From positions 1-38,966 of IMG/VR virus record IMGVR_UViG_3300040985_000661: a DNA stretch of 38,966 bases; one strand, 5' to 3'. Origin of the DNA: a virus. Taxonomy: Duplodnaviria > Caudoviricetes. Shown here in pieces: positions 8,805 through 19,513 of the stretch; position 1 is the first letter of the stretch, and each line of letters opens with the position of its first letter. The notes under the pieces are model-generated. The model saw nothing but the letters and a program-made list of their open reading frames with translations, did no database searches and was not told the origin of the DNA. The position numbers were made by a program, and so were the translations under genes.

Positions 8805-10637
8805 ATGGCTTCTACTGACGCTTCCCTATTTAAACTCAATTTCAAACCCGGCATCAACAGAGAAACTACTCGTTACTCTGAGGAAGGTGGGTGGTATGAT
8901 GCCGATAAGGTACGTTTCCGTAGGGGGCGTCCTGAAAACTTACGTGGATGGGCTAAGAAATCCTCTGTAAACTTTGAAGGGAGTGCGCGTGACCTGTTAA
9001 TCTGGTCAGATTATGACACGCGTAAGCTTACTTCCTTTGCCACAGAGAAGTTGTGGTATGTCTATGATGATGTATCTGTCTATGATATCACCCCTGTAGT
9101 CTCCTCTGAAACACTGACATCCTCCTTTGCCACCTCTATTGGCTCCTTCCTTGTGGAAGTTTCATTAGCTGCACATGGTAGGTCGGCAGGAGACTTTGTT
9201 GTCTTCACATCTTCTACCACAATCGGGGGTAATATTGTATTAACCTCTGCTGGATATGGTGGTCCCCGCTTTGAAGTAGTAACTGCTGCTGATGCTAACA
9301 CCTTCACTATCTCTGTAGCGTCCGCAGCGGACAGCACAGAGGTATCAGCAGGTACTGCCTCAGTTGACTTCCTTTTACCTGTAGGTACTAACGTAGCAAC
9401 GCAGGGATTGGGCTGGGGGGCTGGTAAATGGAATGCTGGTGTGTCAATTATGGGGGCAAGGGGGTGGAATGACCCTGCTACCTCTTCCAACATCACCTTT
9501 GCTGCTACCCAATGGACCTTAGACCAGTGGGGGGAGGACATGATTGGGTGTCGTCGTGGTGGTCGTATGTATTTTTGGGATAGGGATGCTTCCGTAACCC
9601 CTTCCCGTGCTACCCTTATAACTAATTCCCCATCTGTCACAGACTTTATGCTTATCTCCCCTAACGATAGGCATGTTATTGCCTTAGGGACAGAGGGATT
9701 TGCGGATTCGTACAACCCCCTTAGGGTAAGGTGGGCTGACCAGAATGATTACAACAATTGGACCCCTTCTATCTCCTCAACCTCAGGTGAGACAGACCTG
9801 ACAGGTGGGACTAAGATCGTTGGGGGGACTCGGTCGAGGAATCAAGTCAACATCTGGACTGACACAGCCCTGTATGGGATGACATATGTTGGCAACCCAT
9901 TTACCTATTCCTTCCGTATGTTGGGGGATAACTGTGGATTGATTGCCCCTCATGCTGCTGTAGATTACGATGGGGTTCCTATGTGGATGGGACACTCCAA
10001 CTTCTACGCCTTTGATGGACAGGTAAAGAACTTAGCCAGTACTGTAAGGCGTTACATCTATGATGATCTGAATAATACTCAGAAGGATAAGGTATTTGCA
10101 GGGATTAACTCAGAGTTCAAGGAAGTTATCTGGCTCTACCCCAGTACAGATGGAACTGAATGCGACTCCTATGTTATATATAACCCTGAGGAGAACCATT
10201 GGGTCTATGGAACTACTAAGTGGACTACCTTCAAAGACAGACACATCTATGGTAATACTATAACCACTGGGTCTGACAGTTACCTTTATGATAACGAACC
10301 TAAGGGTGAGTTTAGTGGGGATGGTGATGCTGTCCCATCCTTCCTTGAGTCTGCTGACTTTGATCTACAGGAAGGGGATAACATCATCTTTGTTGACCGG
10401 ATCATCCCTGACTTTACCCTTAATAATGGGACACTCTCCTTTACAATTACAACCAAACAATATCCAACAGGGCCTGAGATTGAGAAGGGACCCTATATTA
10501 TTACATGTGATACACGTAAGGTAGATGTGAGGGCAAGGGGTAGACAGGCACGGGTAAGGGTTTCCACAGCCTCTGATGGGGTTGAATGGAGGCAGGGTAG
10601 CACACGTATCTCTGGACAGGCTGATGGTGGTAGATAA
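8805..10637 (+). CDS. Tail nozzle / tubular protein B-like stabilisation protein (P22 gp10 or T7 gp12 position)
   Basis: 610 aa beta-rich; FKPGINRETT..GGWYDADKVRFR start, VRWADQND, NCGLI and C-terminal VRARGRQARVR motifs. Confidence 0.75.
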   Translation: MASTDASLFKLNFKPGINRETTRYSEEGGWYDADKVRFRRGRPENLRGWAKKSSVNFEGSARDLLIWSDYDTRKLTSFATEKLWYVYDDVSVYDITPVVSSETLTSSFATSIGSFLVEVSLAAHGRSAGDFVVFTSSTTIGGNIVLTSAGYGGPRFEVVTAADANTFTISVASAADSTEVSAGTASVDFLLPVGTNVATQGLGWGAGKWNAGVSIMGARGWNDPATSSNITFAATQWTLDQWGEDMIGCRRGGRMYFWDRDASVTPSRATLITNSPSVTDFMLISPNDRHVIALGTEGFADSYNPLRVRWADQNDYNNWTPSISSTSGETDLTGGTKIVGGTRSRNQVNIWTDTALYGMTYVGNPFTYSFRMLGDNCGLIAPHAAVDYDGVPMWMGHSNFYAFDGQVKNLASTVRRYIYDDLNNTQKDKVFAGINSEFKEVIWLYPSTDGTECDSYVIYNPEENHWVYGTTKWTTFKDRHIYGNTITTGSDSYLYDNEPKGEFSGDGDAVPSFLESADFDLQEGDNIIFVDRIIPDFTLNNGTLSFTITTKQYPTGPEIEKGPYIITCDTRKVDVRARGRQARVRVSTASDGVEWRQGSTRISGQADGGR

Positions 10638-10909
10638 TGACACGCTTCCCTGAACTCCCCCAATACCAGCAGATAGATGATGAAGCCCTTAACAGCCTAT
10701 ATAGGCAGGTTCAGACCTATACAGCCCAGTTGGCCCTTGAATTGGACACGGTTATACAAGCTTTACATTTCCAAGGGGCTACCCATATCTCGACAGTAGT
10801 TACTGTGGCTGACTTAGGGACCCCTGTGGAAGGACAAGTAGCATACTCTACTTCCTCTGGTATCTTCAGAGGGTATGTAAGCACAACAGGTTGGGTGGAT
10901 TTTAACTAA
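10637..10909 (+). CDS. Hypothetical virion protein
   Basis: TAATG-coupled; helical N-terminus and GQVAYSTSSGIFRGY..GWV tip. Confidence 0.65.
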   Translation: MTRFPELPQYQQIDDEALNSLYRQVQTYTAQLALELDTVIQALHFQGATHISTVVTVADLGTPVEGQVAYSTSSGIFRGYVSTTGWVDFN

Positions 10910-11118
10910 TGGACGTTGCAAAATACTTTGACCTGATAGAGAACAGCACCTACATAGAGAACTTAAATAGGGGTGTTGTCATAGATGAAGATAAAAAGCA
11001 AGGTGGTATGGCATTTAATACAGGTCAGTTGTATAATAAGGAAGTATCACCGCAGACAGCATGGGCTGATGGAACACATGACCAGTCCCATTACGCCAAT
11101 CAAAAGAATATAAAGTAA
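10909..11118 (+). CDS. Hypothetical protein
   Basis: TAATG-coupled ORF in the virion operon. Confidence 0.55.
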   Translation: MDVAKYFDLIENSTYIENLNRGVVIDEDKKQGGMAFNTGQLYNKEVSPQTAWADGTHDQSHYANQKNIK

Positions 11119-11130
11119 GGGAGAAGGAAG

Positions 11131-12351
11131 ATGGATAGAAGCGCACCACTCGGAGGTCTGGCAGGACTGATGGCTATGAAAGGACGGGAGGGTGATACTG
11201 AACTCGTCCACATGACTAAGGGTGAGATCAAAGGTCTTCAATCCTTAGGACAGATGACTGTCAATCCAGACACAGGCTTGTTAGAAGCATTCAGCTTCAG
11301 AAGTATTCTCCCAATGCTTGCTGGTATGGCTGCTACTGCTGCAACTGGTGGTGCTGCTGCCCCTGCTATGTTTACTGGTTCATCCTTTATCTTACCTGCA
11401 CTTGCTGCTGGGGCTACTTCTGCCATTGTTAATAAAGGTGATATGGGTAAGATAGCATTTGATTCTGTCCTTGCTGGTGCTGGTGGTGCTTTATCAGGAG
11501 CAGAGTTAACTGCTGGGGGATCAAGGGCTATGGTAGGAAACGAGGCATTAGGGCAAGCAGCGTTAGCTAATCCTACTATAGCTGGGGCGGCTGGGGTAAC
11601 TACTCCTCAAGCTTTAGGAGCAGGATTAGCAGATACTGTTAAATTAAATGCAGGGGATGTAATAACTGCGGGATTAGGGTTTAATCCTTCTTCTCCTGTT
11701 TTAGGAGGGTTAACGACTGCTGGAGGAGTTGCACGAACAGGGTTAGGAGCAGTTCCCGGCGTAGCTACCACAGCTATGGGTATAGATGGGACAACTCCTG
11801 AAGTCCAACCGTTGTCTCAACGAACCCCTGCATCTTCTGCTTATGGTACACGGGCGGCTGAACAGATAAAGCAGGTACGTCCTGCTCAATCTCTATCGAA
11901 AGAAGAAGTACTCTCCTCTGCATTAGGGCAGAGTGATCCTTTACAATACTTCCAAGGGTCTAATCAAGCAGTCTTACCTGCTGGTCTGTATAGTAATACA
12001 GACAACGGGGCTATCGTTGCCTCCACAGGTGGCGGTTTGATGGATTTGTATGAACAGCAAGGTGGAGACTATAGTGAGTTTGCTGGGCTGGTTCAAGGTG
12101 AAGGGGATGGGATGTCTGATGATGTCCACTTCAATGTTAAAGAAGAAGAGGGAGCCCCTGATGCTGCCATGTTATCCAAAGATGAGTATGTCTTAGATGC
12201 ACATACTGTATCTGCATTAGGTAATGGGTCTACAGAAGGCGGGGCTAAAGTCCTTGATGACTTTGTAAAAGGCATACGTCAGGATACCTTTGGTCGTAAG
12301 GAACAACCCAAACAAATTAATGGTCTAGCAGCACTGGCTCAGTTAATATAA
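11131..12351 (+). CDS. Internal virion / ejection-associated protein
   Basis: GREGDTELVH...NPDTGLLEAF N-domain, Ala/Gly-rich hydrophobic middle, C-terminal GEGDGMSDD...AMLSKDEYV domain. Confidence 0.65.
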   Translation: MDRSAPLGGLAGLMAMKGREGDTELVHMTKGEIKGLQSLGQMTVNPDTGLLEAFSFRSILPMLAGMAATAATGGAAAPAMFTGSSFILPALAAGATSAIVNKGDMGKIAFDSVLAGAGGALSGAELTAGGSRAMVGNEALGQAALANPTIAGAAGVTTPQALGAGLADTVKLNAGDVITAGLGFNPSSPVLGGLTTAGGVARTGLGAVPGVATTAMGIDGTTPEVQPLSQRTPASSAYGTRAAEQIKQVRPAQSLSKEEVLSSALGQSDPLQYFQGSNQAVLPAGLYSNTDNGAIVASTGGGLMDLYEQQGGDYSEFAGLVQGEGDGMSDDVHFNVKEEEGAPDAAMLSKDEYVLDAHTVSALGNGSTEGGAKVLDDFVKGIRQDTFGRKEQPKQINGLAALAQLI

Positions 12352-12354
12352 GGG

Positions 12355-12780
12355 ATGGACATAATACTATTAGGACCTGAACATATAGAACTTGCATGGC
12401 CTTCCGTTGAACCCTTACTGTATAAGGCATTAGATTACAGTGCAGGGGAATGGAAACCTGAGGACTTTAAGGAAAACCTATTAGAAGGATTGATAGATTT
12501 ATTCATAGCTACGAAAGAAAGTAGGGATACTATAGTAGCTATGGCGTGTACTCAAGTAGTCCACTACCCCCAATATAAATCCCTACGTATAAATGCTTTA
12601 GCAGGGGACTCAATGGGCGAATGGTTTGATGAAGAAACCTTTGAGGAACATGCACAGAAGAAAGGTTGTCACTCTATAGAACTATTCGGACGTAAGGGAT
12701 GGTTAAGGGTGGCTGATAAAAAAGGTTATAAGGAACAGTACGTTGTTATGACTAAAGTTTTAGAAAGTAAGGGAGAGTAA
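12355..12780 (+). CDS. GNAT-like acyltransferase in the virion module (T7 gp13-like position)
   Basis: 141 aa; LRINALAG...AQKKGCHSIELFGRKGWLRV...GY pattern fits the C-terminal half of a GNAT fold. Confidence 0.55.
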   Translation: MDIILLGPEHIELAWPSVEPLLYKALDYSAGEWKPEDFKENLLEGLIDLFIATKESRDTIVAMACTQVVHYPQYKSLRINALAGDSMGEWFDEETFEEHAQKKGCHSIELFGRKGWLRVADKKGYKEQYVVMTKVLESKGE

Positions 12781-12781
12781 C

Positions 12782-14752
12782 ATGGGCGGCGCACCATCGT
12801 CACCGGCACCACCGGCACAGACTTCGCAGACAACTCAGACAGAGTTTCCTACTGAGTTAAAGCCATACATCTCAGACATTCTTGAGAGGGCTAAGACACG
12901 GGCTGAGTCCAGAGATGAGGCAGGGTTCCAAACCTTTCCGGGTCCCCGTCTGGCAGGGTTTGAGGATGAGACTACACAGGCACAGACTGGTATCCAGAGT
13001 TTGGTAGATGCTGGCATCTCCTCTGACCCCACCTTGTCGAGTGCTAAGTCTTACATGCAACCTGCCATAGCCAGTACCTTTGCTGGTGGAGAACAATTCA
13101 CCCCTGAACGAGCTTCACAATACATGTCTCCCTACATGCAGAATGTTGTTGATATTCAGAAGCGTGAAGCCTCCCGTCAAGCAGATGTGAGGGAGAATGT
13201 TATTGGTGATCAGGCTGTACAGGCTGGGTCCTTTGGTGGTTCCCGTCAGGCTATACTTGAGGCTGAACACTCACGTAACACACAGCAACTCCTTGATGAC
13301 ATCCAACGTAAGGGATCACAGTCTGCCTATGAAACAGGGCTGGCAGGATTTGAACAACAGAAGCAACGTGACTTGGCAACTGGTCGTCAGTTTACTGGGT
13401 TGGCTGAACAGGCCCCACGTTTGGCAATGTCTGAGCTAGGTGCCTTACAGGGTGTTGGTAAACAGAAACAAGAACAGGCACAGTCTGCACTTGATATTGG
13501 TTATCAACAGTTCAAGGAAGAAGAACAGTATCCTGAACAGGTCTTACAAGAGTACTCCTCTGTTATCCGAGGGTTCCCTTTGACCAGTAACCAGTTTACA
13601 AATACACAACGTGCTGCCCCTGCACCTGACCTTGCAACACAGATTGCTGGTGCTGCTGGTGCAGGTATCGCTGGCCTTAAAGCTTTTAATAAAGGTGGGG
13701 GTCTTGTCCGTCTTAAAGCTGGTGGTGGACTTGCTTCTCTCCCTGAGGGAGGACCAGTATATAAAGCTCCTGTAGTGAAGCCTCCTACCCTTCGGGATCA
13801 ACTACTCGGTCCTGATGCTGATCTTATAGGTTTACAAAAACAGATTCGAGAGAAACTTGAAAGGGATAAAGCTACTCAATTAGAAAATAAAAAGTCAAGT
13901 AAGAGTGATAAAAACTTAGCTTTGATGGAAGGCTTCTTGAAAATGATGGCTTTAGGTGGACAAGGTAAAAGTATCTTGTCGGCTGTAGGAGAGGCAGGGG
14001 CTGGAGTGGTCCCTAACCTAAGGGATATTAGATCACGGGAGAGGGAAGAACTTGCTGCTTATAATAATGCTGATCTGGAAGCTGCGAAATCCTTATACTC
14101 TTTAAGTAAGGACCAGAAAGCAACTAAGTTCAAACTCTATGAGAAGGAAGAAGCAAGGGGCTTAAAGAAATTAGAAGGTAAAAATGCTATGGACGTTGCT
14201 AGACTTCGGACAAAGGCTAGTAAGGAAATAGCAAGATTAGACAGGGCATTATCTAAGGCTCAAGGTGATGAACGTATTTCATTAGAGCGGCAGAAGTATG
14301 GACACCAAATCATTATAGACGAAACCAATATGCAACATCAGGAAATGATGGGGGATATTGCTTACATTAAAGGCTTGGGTGAGGAAGAACAACGTAAGGA
14401 ACTCAAGATTATTAATGATAGGAAGTTGGATATCATGGATAGAGATTCTCTTACTAAAGAGAAAAAGGTCATTAATGATATTAAGAATGCTAATAACTTG
14501 GATAGTACCAGTATGCTTCACTTGTCCAGTATTGTTGATGCCCAACTTAATGTAGGATCAGGAGCGTTAATGGTTCATCATGGTAAGGTGTTGATGGCAG
14601 GGATGGAAGCTTACGGGGCTACGACAGGAACAGAGGAAACAAAACTGAAGGCAGCTATGGAAGCTATCTCCAGAAATATCACCCGCGTTAAAAAGAAACG
14701 TAGACAAATGAAAGCTATCCCTGATCCCACTGGAGCCCCTGCAGGTGGTTAA
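12782..14752 (+). CDS. Internal virion (ejection) protein
   Basis: 656 aa; YMSPYMQNVVD, AGSFGGSRQAILEAE, Gln/Ala-rich helices, charged coiled-coil C-terminal half. Confidence 0.7.
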   Translation: MGGAPSSPAPPAQTSQTTQTEFPTELKPYISDILERAKTRAESRDEAGFQTFPGPRLAGFEDETTQAQTGIQSLVDAGISSDPTLSSAKSYMQPAIASTFAGGEQFTPERASQYMSPYMQNVVDIQKREASRQADVRENVIGDQAVQAGSFGGSRQAILEAEHSRNTQQLLDDIQRKGSQSAYETGLAGFEQQKQRDLATGRQFTGLAEQAPRLAMSELGALQGVGKQKQEQAQSALDIGYQQFKEEEQYPEQVLQEYSSVIRGFPLTSNQFTNTQRAAPAPDLATQIAGAAGAGIAGLKAFNKGGGLVRLKAGGGLASLPEGGPVYKAPVVKPPTLRDQLLGPDADLIGLQKQIREKLERDKATQLENKKSSKSDKNLALMEGFLKMMALGGQGKSILSAVGEAGAGVVPNLRDIRSREREELAAYNNADLEAAKSLYSLSKDQKATKFKLYEKEEARGLKKLEGKNAMDVARLRTKASKEIARLDRALSKAQGDERISLERQKYGHQIIIDETNMQHQEMMGDIAYIKGLGEEEQRKELKIINDRKLDIMDRDSLTKEKKVINDIKNANNLDSTSMLHLSSIVDAQLNVGSGALMVHHGKVLMAGMEAYGATTGTEETKLKAAMEAISRNITRVKKKRRQMKAIPDPTGAPAGG

Positions 14753-14764
14753 GGAGTACCTTCT

Positions 14765-17700
14765 ATGGTAATGTCAGTTAGGTCTGAAGAGTTCCATAAA
14801 GCATTAAATTTTTGGGAAGAGTCAGAACTTGAGGACCCTCAAGAACGTCTTGCTGCTATGGATGCTCAAGGGATAGATTCAGATTCCTTTAAGTCCACCT
14901 TCAATAAAGATTATATGTCTGAGTACACTTCCACACATGAATCCTTCCGTCGAAAGGCGGGGGTTCCTGAGGGGGAAGACTTAACAGATGAGGAATATGC
15001 AGACTTCCGTCTTGAGTTAGATGATAACTTGAAAGGAGGTATCCCTATCTTAGGAACTTTTGATAGGAGCATCACACGTTTTGTAGGGGATGTTGCCAAA
15101 GATGTTGTAGATATTGGGGATATGCTTGCAGATACTACTGAGGCAGGGAAGAAAATAACTAACTGGATATCTGATTCTGTTGATAACATAAGTGATGAGT
15201 ACATTTCAGATGATGTGAAGAAGCAACTAAGTGAACGGTTTGATCCTTATCATGGACAAGGGTTGATGGGGGATTTAGAAAAAACTGGGGCCGAGTTAGC
15301 AGGATTTGTTGTAGGAACTGGGGCGGTGGTTAAGATTGCTAAGACAGGATTGAGGGCATCTAAGGGACTCAGTATAGCCCCTTCATCTAAAGCTTTACTA
15401 TCACGGCTGACCAGAACTTCTGTTAAGACTGTGGGTAAAAGGGGTACACGTATAGGTCAGTCTATGGCAACAGCGGCTGGGTATAGTTTAGCCTCTGCCC
15501 CAGTGATGACTGTCCTTGGGGACACAGATCAATCCCTCAGTATGTATGGGTATGATGAAGACCAGATTGCTTCTATGGATGAGCAGGAAAAATATTGGGC
15601 TAACTTCAAAGGGGATACTGGTACAGCTTTGAAGTGGGGGTTAGGTTTAACTGGGGCTGGACTGACTGTTAAGTATGGCTTTCAAAAGTTGGGTCCGGGT
15701 GCTGCTAAGTACCTACGTAAACTAGGCAGTGAGAATACAGCTTTAAGATATGTTCGAAGGAACCTCTTTGATCATAGGGGGACTGATAAAGATTTCTTGA
15801 ACCAGTTAATAAAGAGGGAGAACGCCCCAAAGAAGGCTGTTATAGAAGCAGAAGGATTAGCTAATGATCTCCGTAAGGAGGTTAAAGATTTTGTTGGTGG
15901 TGATAAACACGCAGCAGAATCTTATATGAATACTATAGTTAACTCTGCTTTAGCAGGGGATAATGCTGCCATCGGACTCTTATATAAGGATAGCCCTGCT
16001 ATCTTAGATAAGGTAAATGCGATGCGGCATAAGATTGATACGATCTCCTCCCATCTAAGTAATAATGTTCTGAGTCATAAAGGATTGTCAGCCACCATTG
16101 ATCAGAATAAAGGGTTGTACCTGAACAGGTCTTATGAGGTATTTGATAACGCTGAGTACCGAGAAGAGATTGTAAAAAGGATTGGTAAGTTTAAGACAGA
16201 TGATTCGGTAATTCAGAATGCGGCCAACTTCATCAAGGGAAACACTAACAAGACAGATGAAGAAGTACAGACAATCCTTCTCCAACTCATAGGGGAAAGT
16301 CCTACCCATAAAATCACACAAGAACTATCCTCACTACATAAAGGCTTTACTGCTTCAAAAGTATTGAAGGGGAGGAAGGATATCCCTGAAGAACTTAGGG
16401 CATTCTATGGTGAGGTAAGGGACCCTACCACTAACTACATAAAGACAGTAGAAAAATTATCACGACTTACTGCTGAACATGACTTCTTATCTAATGTAAG
16501 GCAAGGGCTCATAGCTAAAGGGGCAGGGAAGTCTTCTAATATTGGTGGTCGCACAGATTTGTATGGTGATGCTGAATCTGTTTTAGGGGATAGGTTAGGG
16601 GCTATCTTTGGAGGGAAGGCTTCCAACATTAATAACCCCCTGTCTGGTTTGTATGTCCATAAGGATTACCTTAAAGCTATGAAGGAAAACTTAGGGGATG
16701 ATTGGATTAGTGGATCAGAGAATGCTAGTCAACTCCTCAGAGCATGGTCAAAAGCAAAGGGTATGTCACAGGCATCGAAGACTGTATATAATCCTGCCAC
16801 CCACGTAGTTAATACATTGGGGCAGATGTCTATCTTGGCAGCTAATGGGATGATGCCAACAGGTAAGGCTGCTATAACATCTGGTAAAGCATTAGGTAAA
16901 CGATTCTTTGGGATGACAGGGGAAGAATCGGGTAAATACTTAGGCAGACTCCAAGAGTTAGGGGTCACTGATAGTGGTGTTGTAGTAGGTACATTGAAGA
17001 AGAACTTCAGGGACTGGGCGCGTGACCCATATACTGTCGGACATAGGACTATTGCACGTAGAGTTGCTGCTGCCCCCGGTCAGGCTGCTGGTAAAGTTAA
17101 TCGAAAGCTAATGGAGACATATCAGGCAGAGGATGACTTCTTTAAGATTATCCACTTTGAAAAATCAAAGGAGATGTTTAAGAAGGCGTACCCTGAACGC
17201 TCCACAAAACAGATAGAAGAGATGGCAGCACAGCGTACACGGGATCAGATGCCTAACTATGCTCTAGCCTCTAACGCTGTGAAAGGTTTACGTGTATCTC
17301 CTCTTGGAGACTTTATGACCTTCGCGGCTGAGATGATGAGGACTTCAAAGAATTTAGGATACAATGTTCTACAGGATGGGATGAGTGGTAATGCAGTATT
17401 ACAGGCAAATGCTGCTAAGACTCTGGCAGGGATGACGGCTGTAGGGGTAACCCCTTCTGCTTTACAACACTTCTCCAGAATAAACAATGGGATAACACAG
17501 TCTCAGGAGGATGCCATAGATATGTTGGCCCCTACTTATGAGGCATTCTCCCCACGTATTTATAAGAGTGGGGTAAACTATGATCAGAATGGACATATGG
17601 GGGCTACCTATCAGAGTTTAGGTAACCTTGACCCTTATGATTATCTTAAATCATTTGCAGGGGCTGTTCATCAGATTGCTAACTCTGTAGATGTAGGGTC

Positions 17701-18526
17701 AGATGGCTTCAGTATAGAGAACCGCCCTGAATTTAATCAGGCTATATACGGTATCCTTGAGAATCAGCTATCCCCTTTCTTTGGAACTTCGATGGTGACT
17801 GATGGTTTATTAAAAGCTATCCAACAAGGACATGGTGCTGGAGAAATGATTTCTTCCTCTGATACTGTAGGGGCTAGAGTGTTAGAAGATTGGGGGGTTC
17901 CAGATTCTATAGCTAAGACTATGGGGTATGCTGGTGACCCCTTCATGCCGGGGTTCACTAACTTTATAAAAAGGAAGGATGCCTTCAATAAGAGTGGGAC
18001 CCATTCACGTAGTGGTTCCACTATCCTCCCTTCAGATGCTTCTATCACAAGAGGATTGTTAGGCTTTGGTAATAAGAGATTTGATTTCACTGCTGGATTA
18101 AATTATCAACTCAGCCCACATGAACGTAGTATCTCTGATGCTAAATCAACCTTTACCCGTGAGGTAAAGAATAGAAATGCTTCTCAAGAAGATATTCTAA
18201 AAGCATTTGCAGGGGCGCAGAAGGCTTCTCATGGGGCGCAGCTTGAGATGAAGAATGTCTTAGATGCTTACCGTGTGTTAGGGGCTGACGATGATGACAT
18301 CTTCAATGCTATGTCCCATCTTAAACACCCTAAGGAACAACGGGCTAGATTTAAACGGATGCTACAGACAGAGGAAAATGGGTTTGTCCCTATGAAACCT
18401 TCTGATGGAGATATGGTTGTATCTGATGAACAGATCACCAACAGAAATCCTATAGACTGGGATACGATGTTTGACTACTACGATAAGTACTACGGATTCC
18501 CATTAAAACAAAGGAAAGTTAGGTAA
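14765..18526 (+). CDS. Large internal virion (DNA ejection) protein
   Basis: 1253 aa, mainly helical, last large gene of the virion operon; KTVYNPATHVVN and DQMPNY..F..F.AE..R motifs. Confidence 0.7.
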   Translation: MVMSVRSEEFHKALNFWEESELEDPQERLAAMDAQGIDSDSFKSTFNKDYMSEYTSTHESFRRKAGVPEGEDLTDEEYADFRLELDDNLKGGIPILGTFDRSITRFVGDVAKDVVDIGDMLADTTEAGKKITNWISDSVDNISDEYISDDVKKQLSERFDPYHGQGLMGDLEKTGAELAGFVVGTGAVVKIAKTGLRASKGLSIAPSSKALLSRLTRTSVKTVGKRGTRIGQSMATAAGYSLASAPVMTVLGDTDQSLSMYGYDEDQIASMDEQEKYWANFKGDTGTALKWGLGLTGAGLTVKYGFQKLGPGAAKYLRKLGSENTALRYVRRNLFDHRGTDKDFLNQLIKRENAPKKAVIEAEGLANDLRKEVKDFVGGDKHAAESYMNTIVNSALAGDNAAIGLLYKDSPAILDKVNAMRHKIDTISSHLSNNVLSHKGLSATIDQNKGLYLNRSYEVFDNAEYREEIVKRIGKFKTDDSVIQNAANFIKGNTNKTDEEVQTILLQLIGESPTHKITQELSSLHKGFTASKVLKGRKDIPEELRAFYGEVRDPTTNYIKTVEKLSRLTAEHDFLSNVRQGLIAKGAGKSSNIGGRTDLYGDAESVLGDRLGAIFGGKASNINNPLSGLYVHKDYLKAMKENLGDDWISGSENASQLLRAWSKAKGMSQASKTVYNPATHVVNTLGQMSILAANGMMPTGKAAITSGKALGKRFFGMTGEESGKYLGRLQELGVTDSGVVVGTLKKNFRDWARDPYTVGHRTIARRVAAAPGQAAGKVNRKLMETYQAEDDFFKIIHFEKSKEMFKKAYPERSTKQIEEMAAQRTRDQMPNYALASNAVKGLRVSPLGDFMTFAAEMMRTSKNLGYNVLQDGMSGNAVLQANAAKTLAGMTAVGVTPSALQHFSRINNGITQSQEDAIDMLAPTYEAFSPRIYKSGVNYDQNGHMGATYQSLGNLDPYDYLKSFAGAVHQIANSVDVGSDGFSIENRPEFNQAIYGILENQLSPFFGTSMVTDGLLKAIQQGHGAGEMISSSDTVGARVLEDWGVPDSIAKTMGYAGDPFMPGFTNFIKRKDAFNKSGTHSRSGSTILPSDASITRGLLGFGNKRFDFTAGLNYQLSPHERSISDAKSTFTREVKNRNASQEDILKAFAGAQKASHGAQLEMKNVLDAYRVLGADDDDIFNAMSHLKHPKEQRARFKRMLQTEENGFVPMKPSDGDMVVSDEQITNRNPIDWDTMFDYYDKYYGFPLKQRKVR

Positions 18527-18527
18527 G

Positions 18528-18911
18528 ATGAGTGAACGTTGGGGAGGTTTCTTCACCGTAAAGGAATTACAGTGTAAGGGTACAGACGAGTGTGAGATGG
18601 ACGAAGGATTTATGGATCGTCTTGTGTCTGTACGTAAGGCTTTCAACAAGCCAATGATTATCACATCAGGGTATAGGCATCAGGCACATAACTCTGCTAT
18701 AGGCGGGGCAAGGTACAGTCCCCATCTATATGGGAAGGCAGTTGATGTGGCAGTGGACAGGACTGATGCGTATGAGTTAGTCAGAGTTGCTATGAATCAT
18801 GGGATGACAGGCATCGGTGTGAAGCAACGGAATGGTAGTAGGTTCATCCACCTTGATGATATGTCCCCCTCAGAGAACCATATCAGACCCACAATGTGGA
18901 GTTATAAGTAA
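18528..18911 (+). CDS. Peptidase M15 family (Zn D-Ala-D-Ala peptidase-like), putative endolysin
   Basis: ITSGYR, SPHLYGKAVD (HxxxxxxD) and FIHLD motifs. Confidence 0.9.
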   Translation: MSERWGGFFTVKELQCKGTDECEMDEGFMDRLVSVRKAFNKPMIITSGYRHQAHNSAIGGARYSPHLYGKAVDVAVDRTDAYELVRVAMNHGMTGIGVKQRNGSRFIHLDDMSPSENHIRPTMWSYK

Positions 18912-19513
18912 TGTCCTTCACATTCAATAAGGATGCTGTATGGTTTATTAAACAGCAGAGGACTAACCTCCGTAAACTTTCTGACAATCATCTGAAAGAA
19001 TCCTACTATAAGGATTGTGTTAAGGAAGTAAACGAGATCGTTAAGGTTATCCCTTCTAACCCTACCATCTTAGATATTTGATGTGGTATAGGGGGTATGG
19101 ATGCTATCCTTATCAATCACTATAAAGATAGCTACGTGTACCTGTTAGATTCTGATGGGGATACTAACCAAGGTGGCTGGATGGGTGGGGGACAATATTG
19201 TAATCAACAAAAACTCACCAAAGATTTTATGCTGTCTAACACCATTGAAAATAAATTCTCCTTCGTCCCTGATATGGGGAGGGACTTCTTTGAGGAAGTA
19301 GATGTCATCACATCCTATCTGTCGATGGGATACCACTATGGGATCAAAGAATATAGAGCATTGATCATGCGATGTCTTAAGAAGGATGGGCTACTGATTG
19401 TAGATTTAAGGAAACCTAAAGAGCATTGTCCTGAAAAAGACTTCTTTGAATTAAAATGCGAAATAAAGGGTACTAAGGGTAGGCCCAGATATGTATTTAG
19501 GAAATTGATCTAA
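18911..19513 (+). pseudogene. Class I SAM-dependent methyltransferase interrupted by an in-frame TGA at 19079-19081
   Basis: TAATG-coupled ATG at 18911; reads ...PTILDI*CGIGGMDAIL...VYLLDSD...DVITSYLSMGYHY; the stop replaces the first Gly of motif I (DxGxGxG). Confidence 0.8.

Noticed and set aside
18911-19513. Genome-wide TGA-to-Gly recoding (genetic code 25)
   Set aside because: TGA ends many genes with tight start/stop overlaps (e.g. 6298-6300, 27367, 28082, 29177), all long genes are intact in code 11, and the tRNA anticodon is TCC, not TCA.
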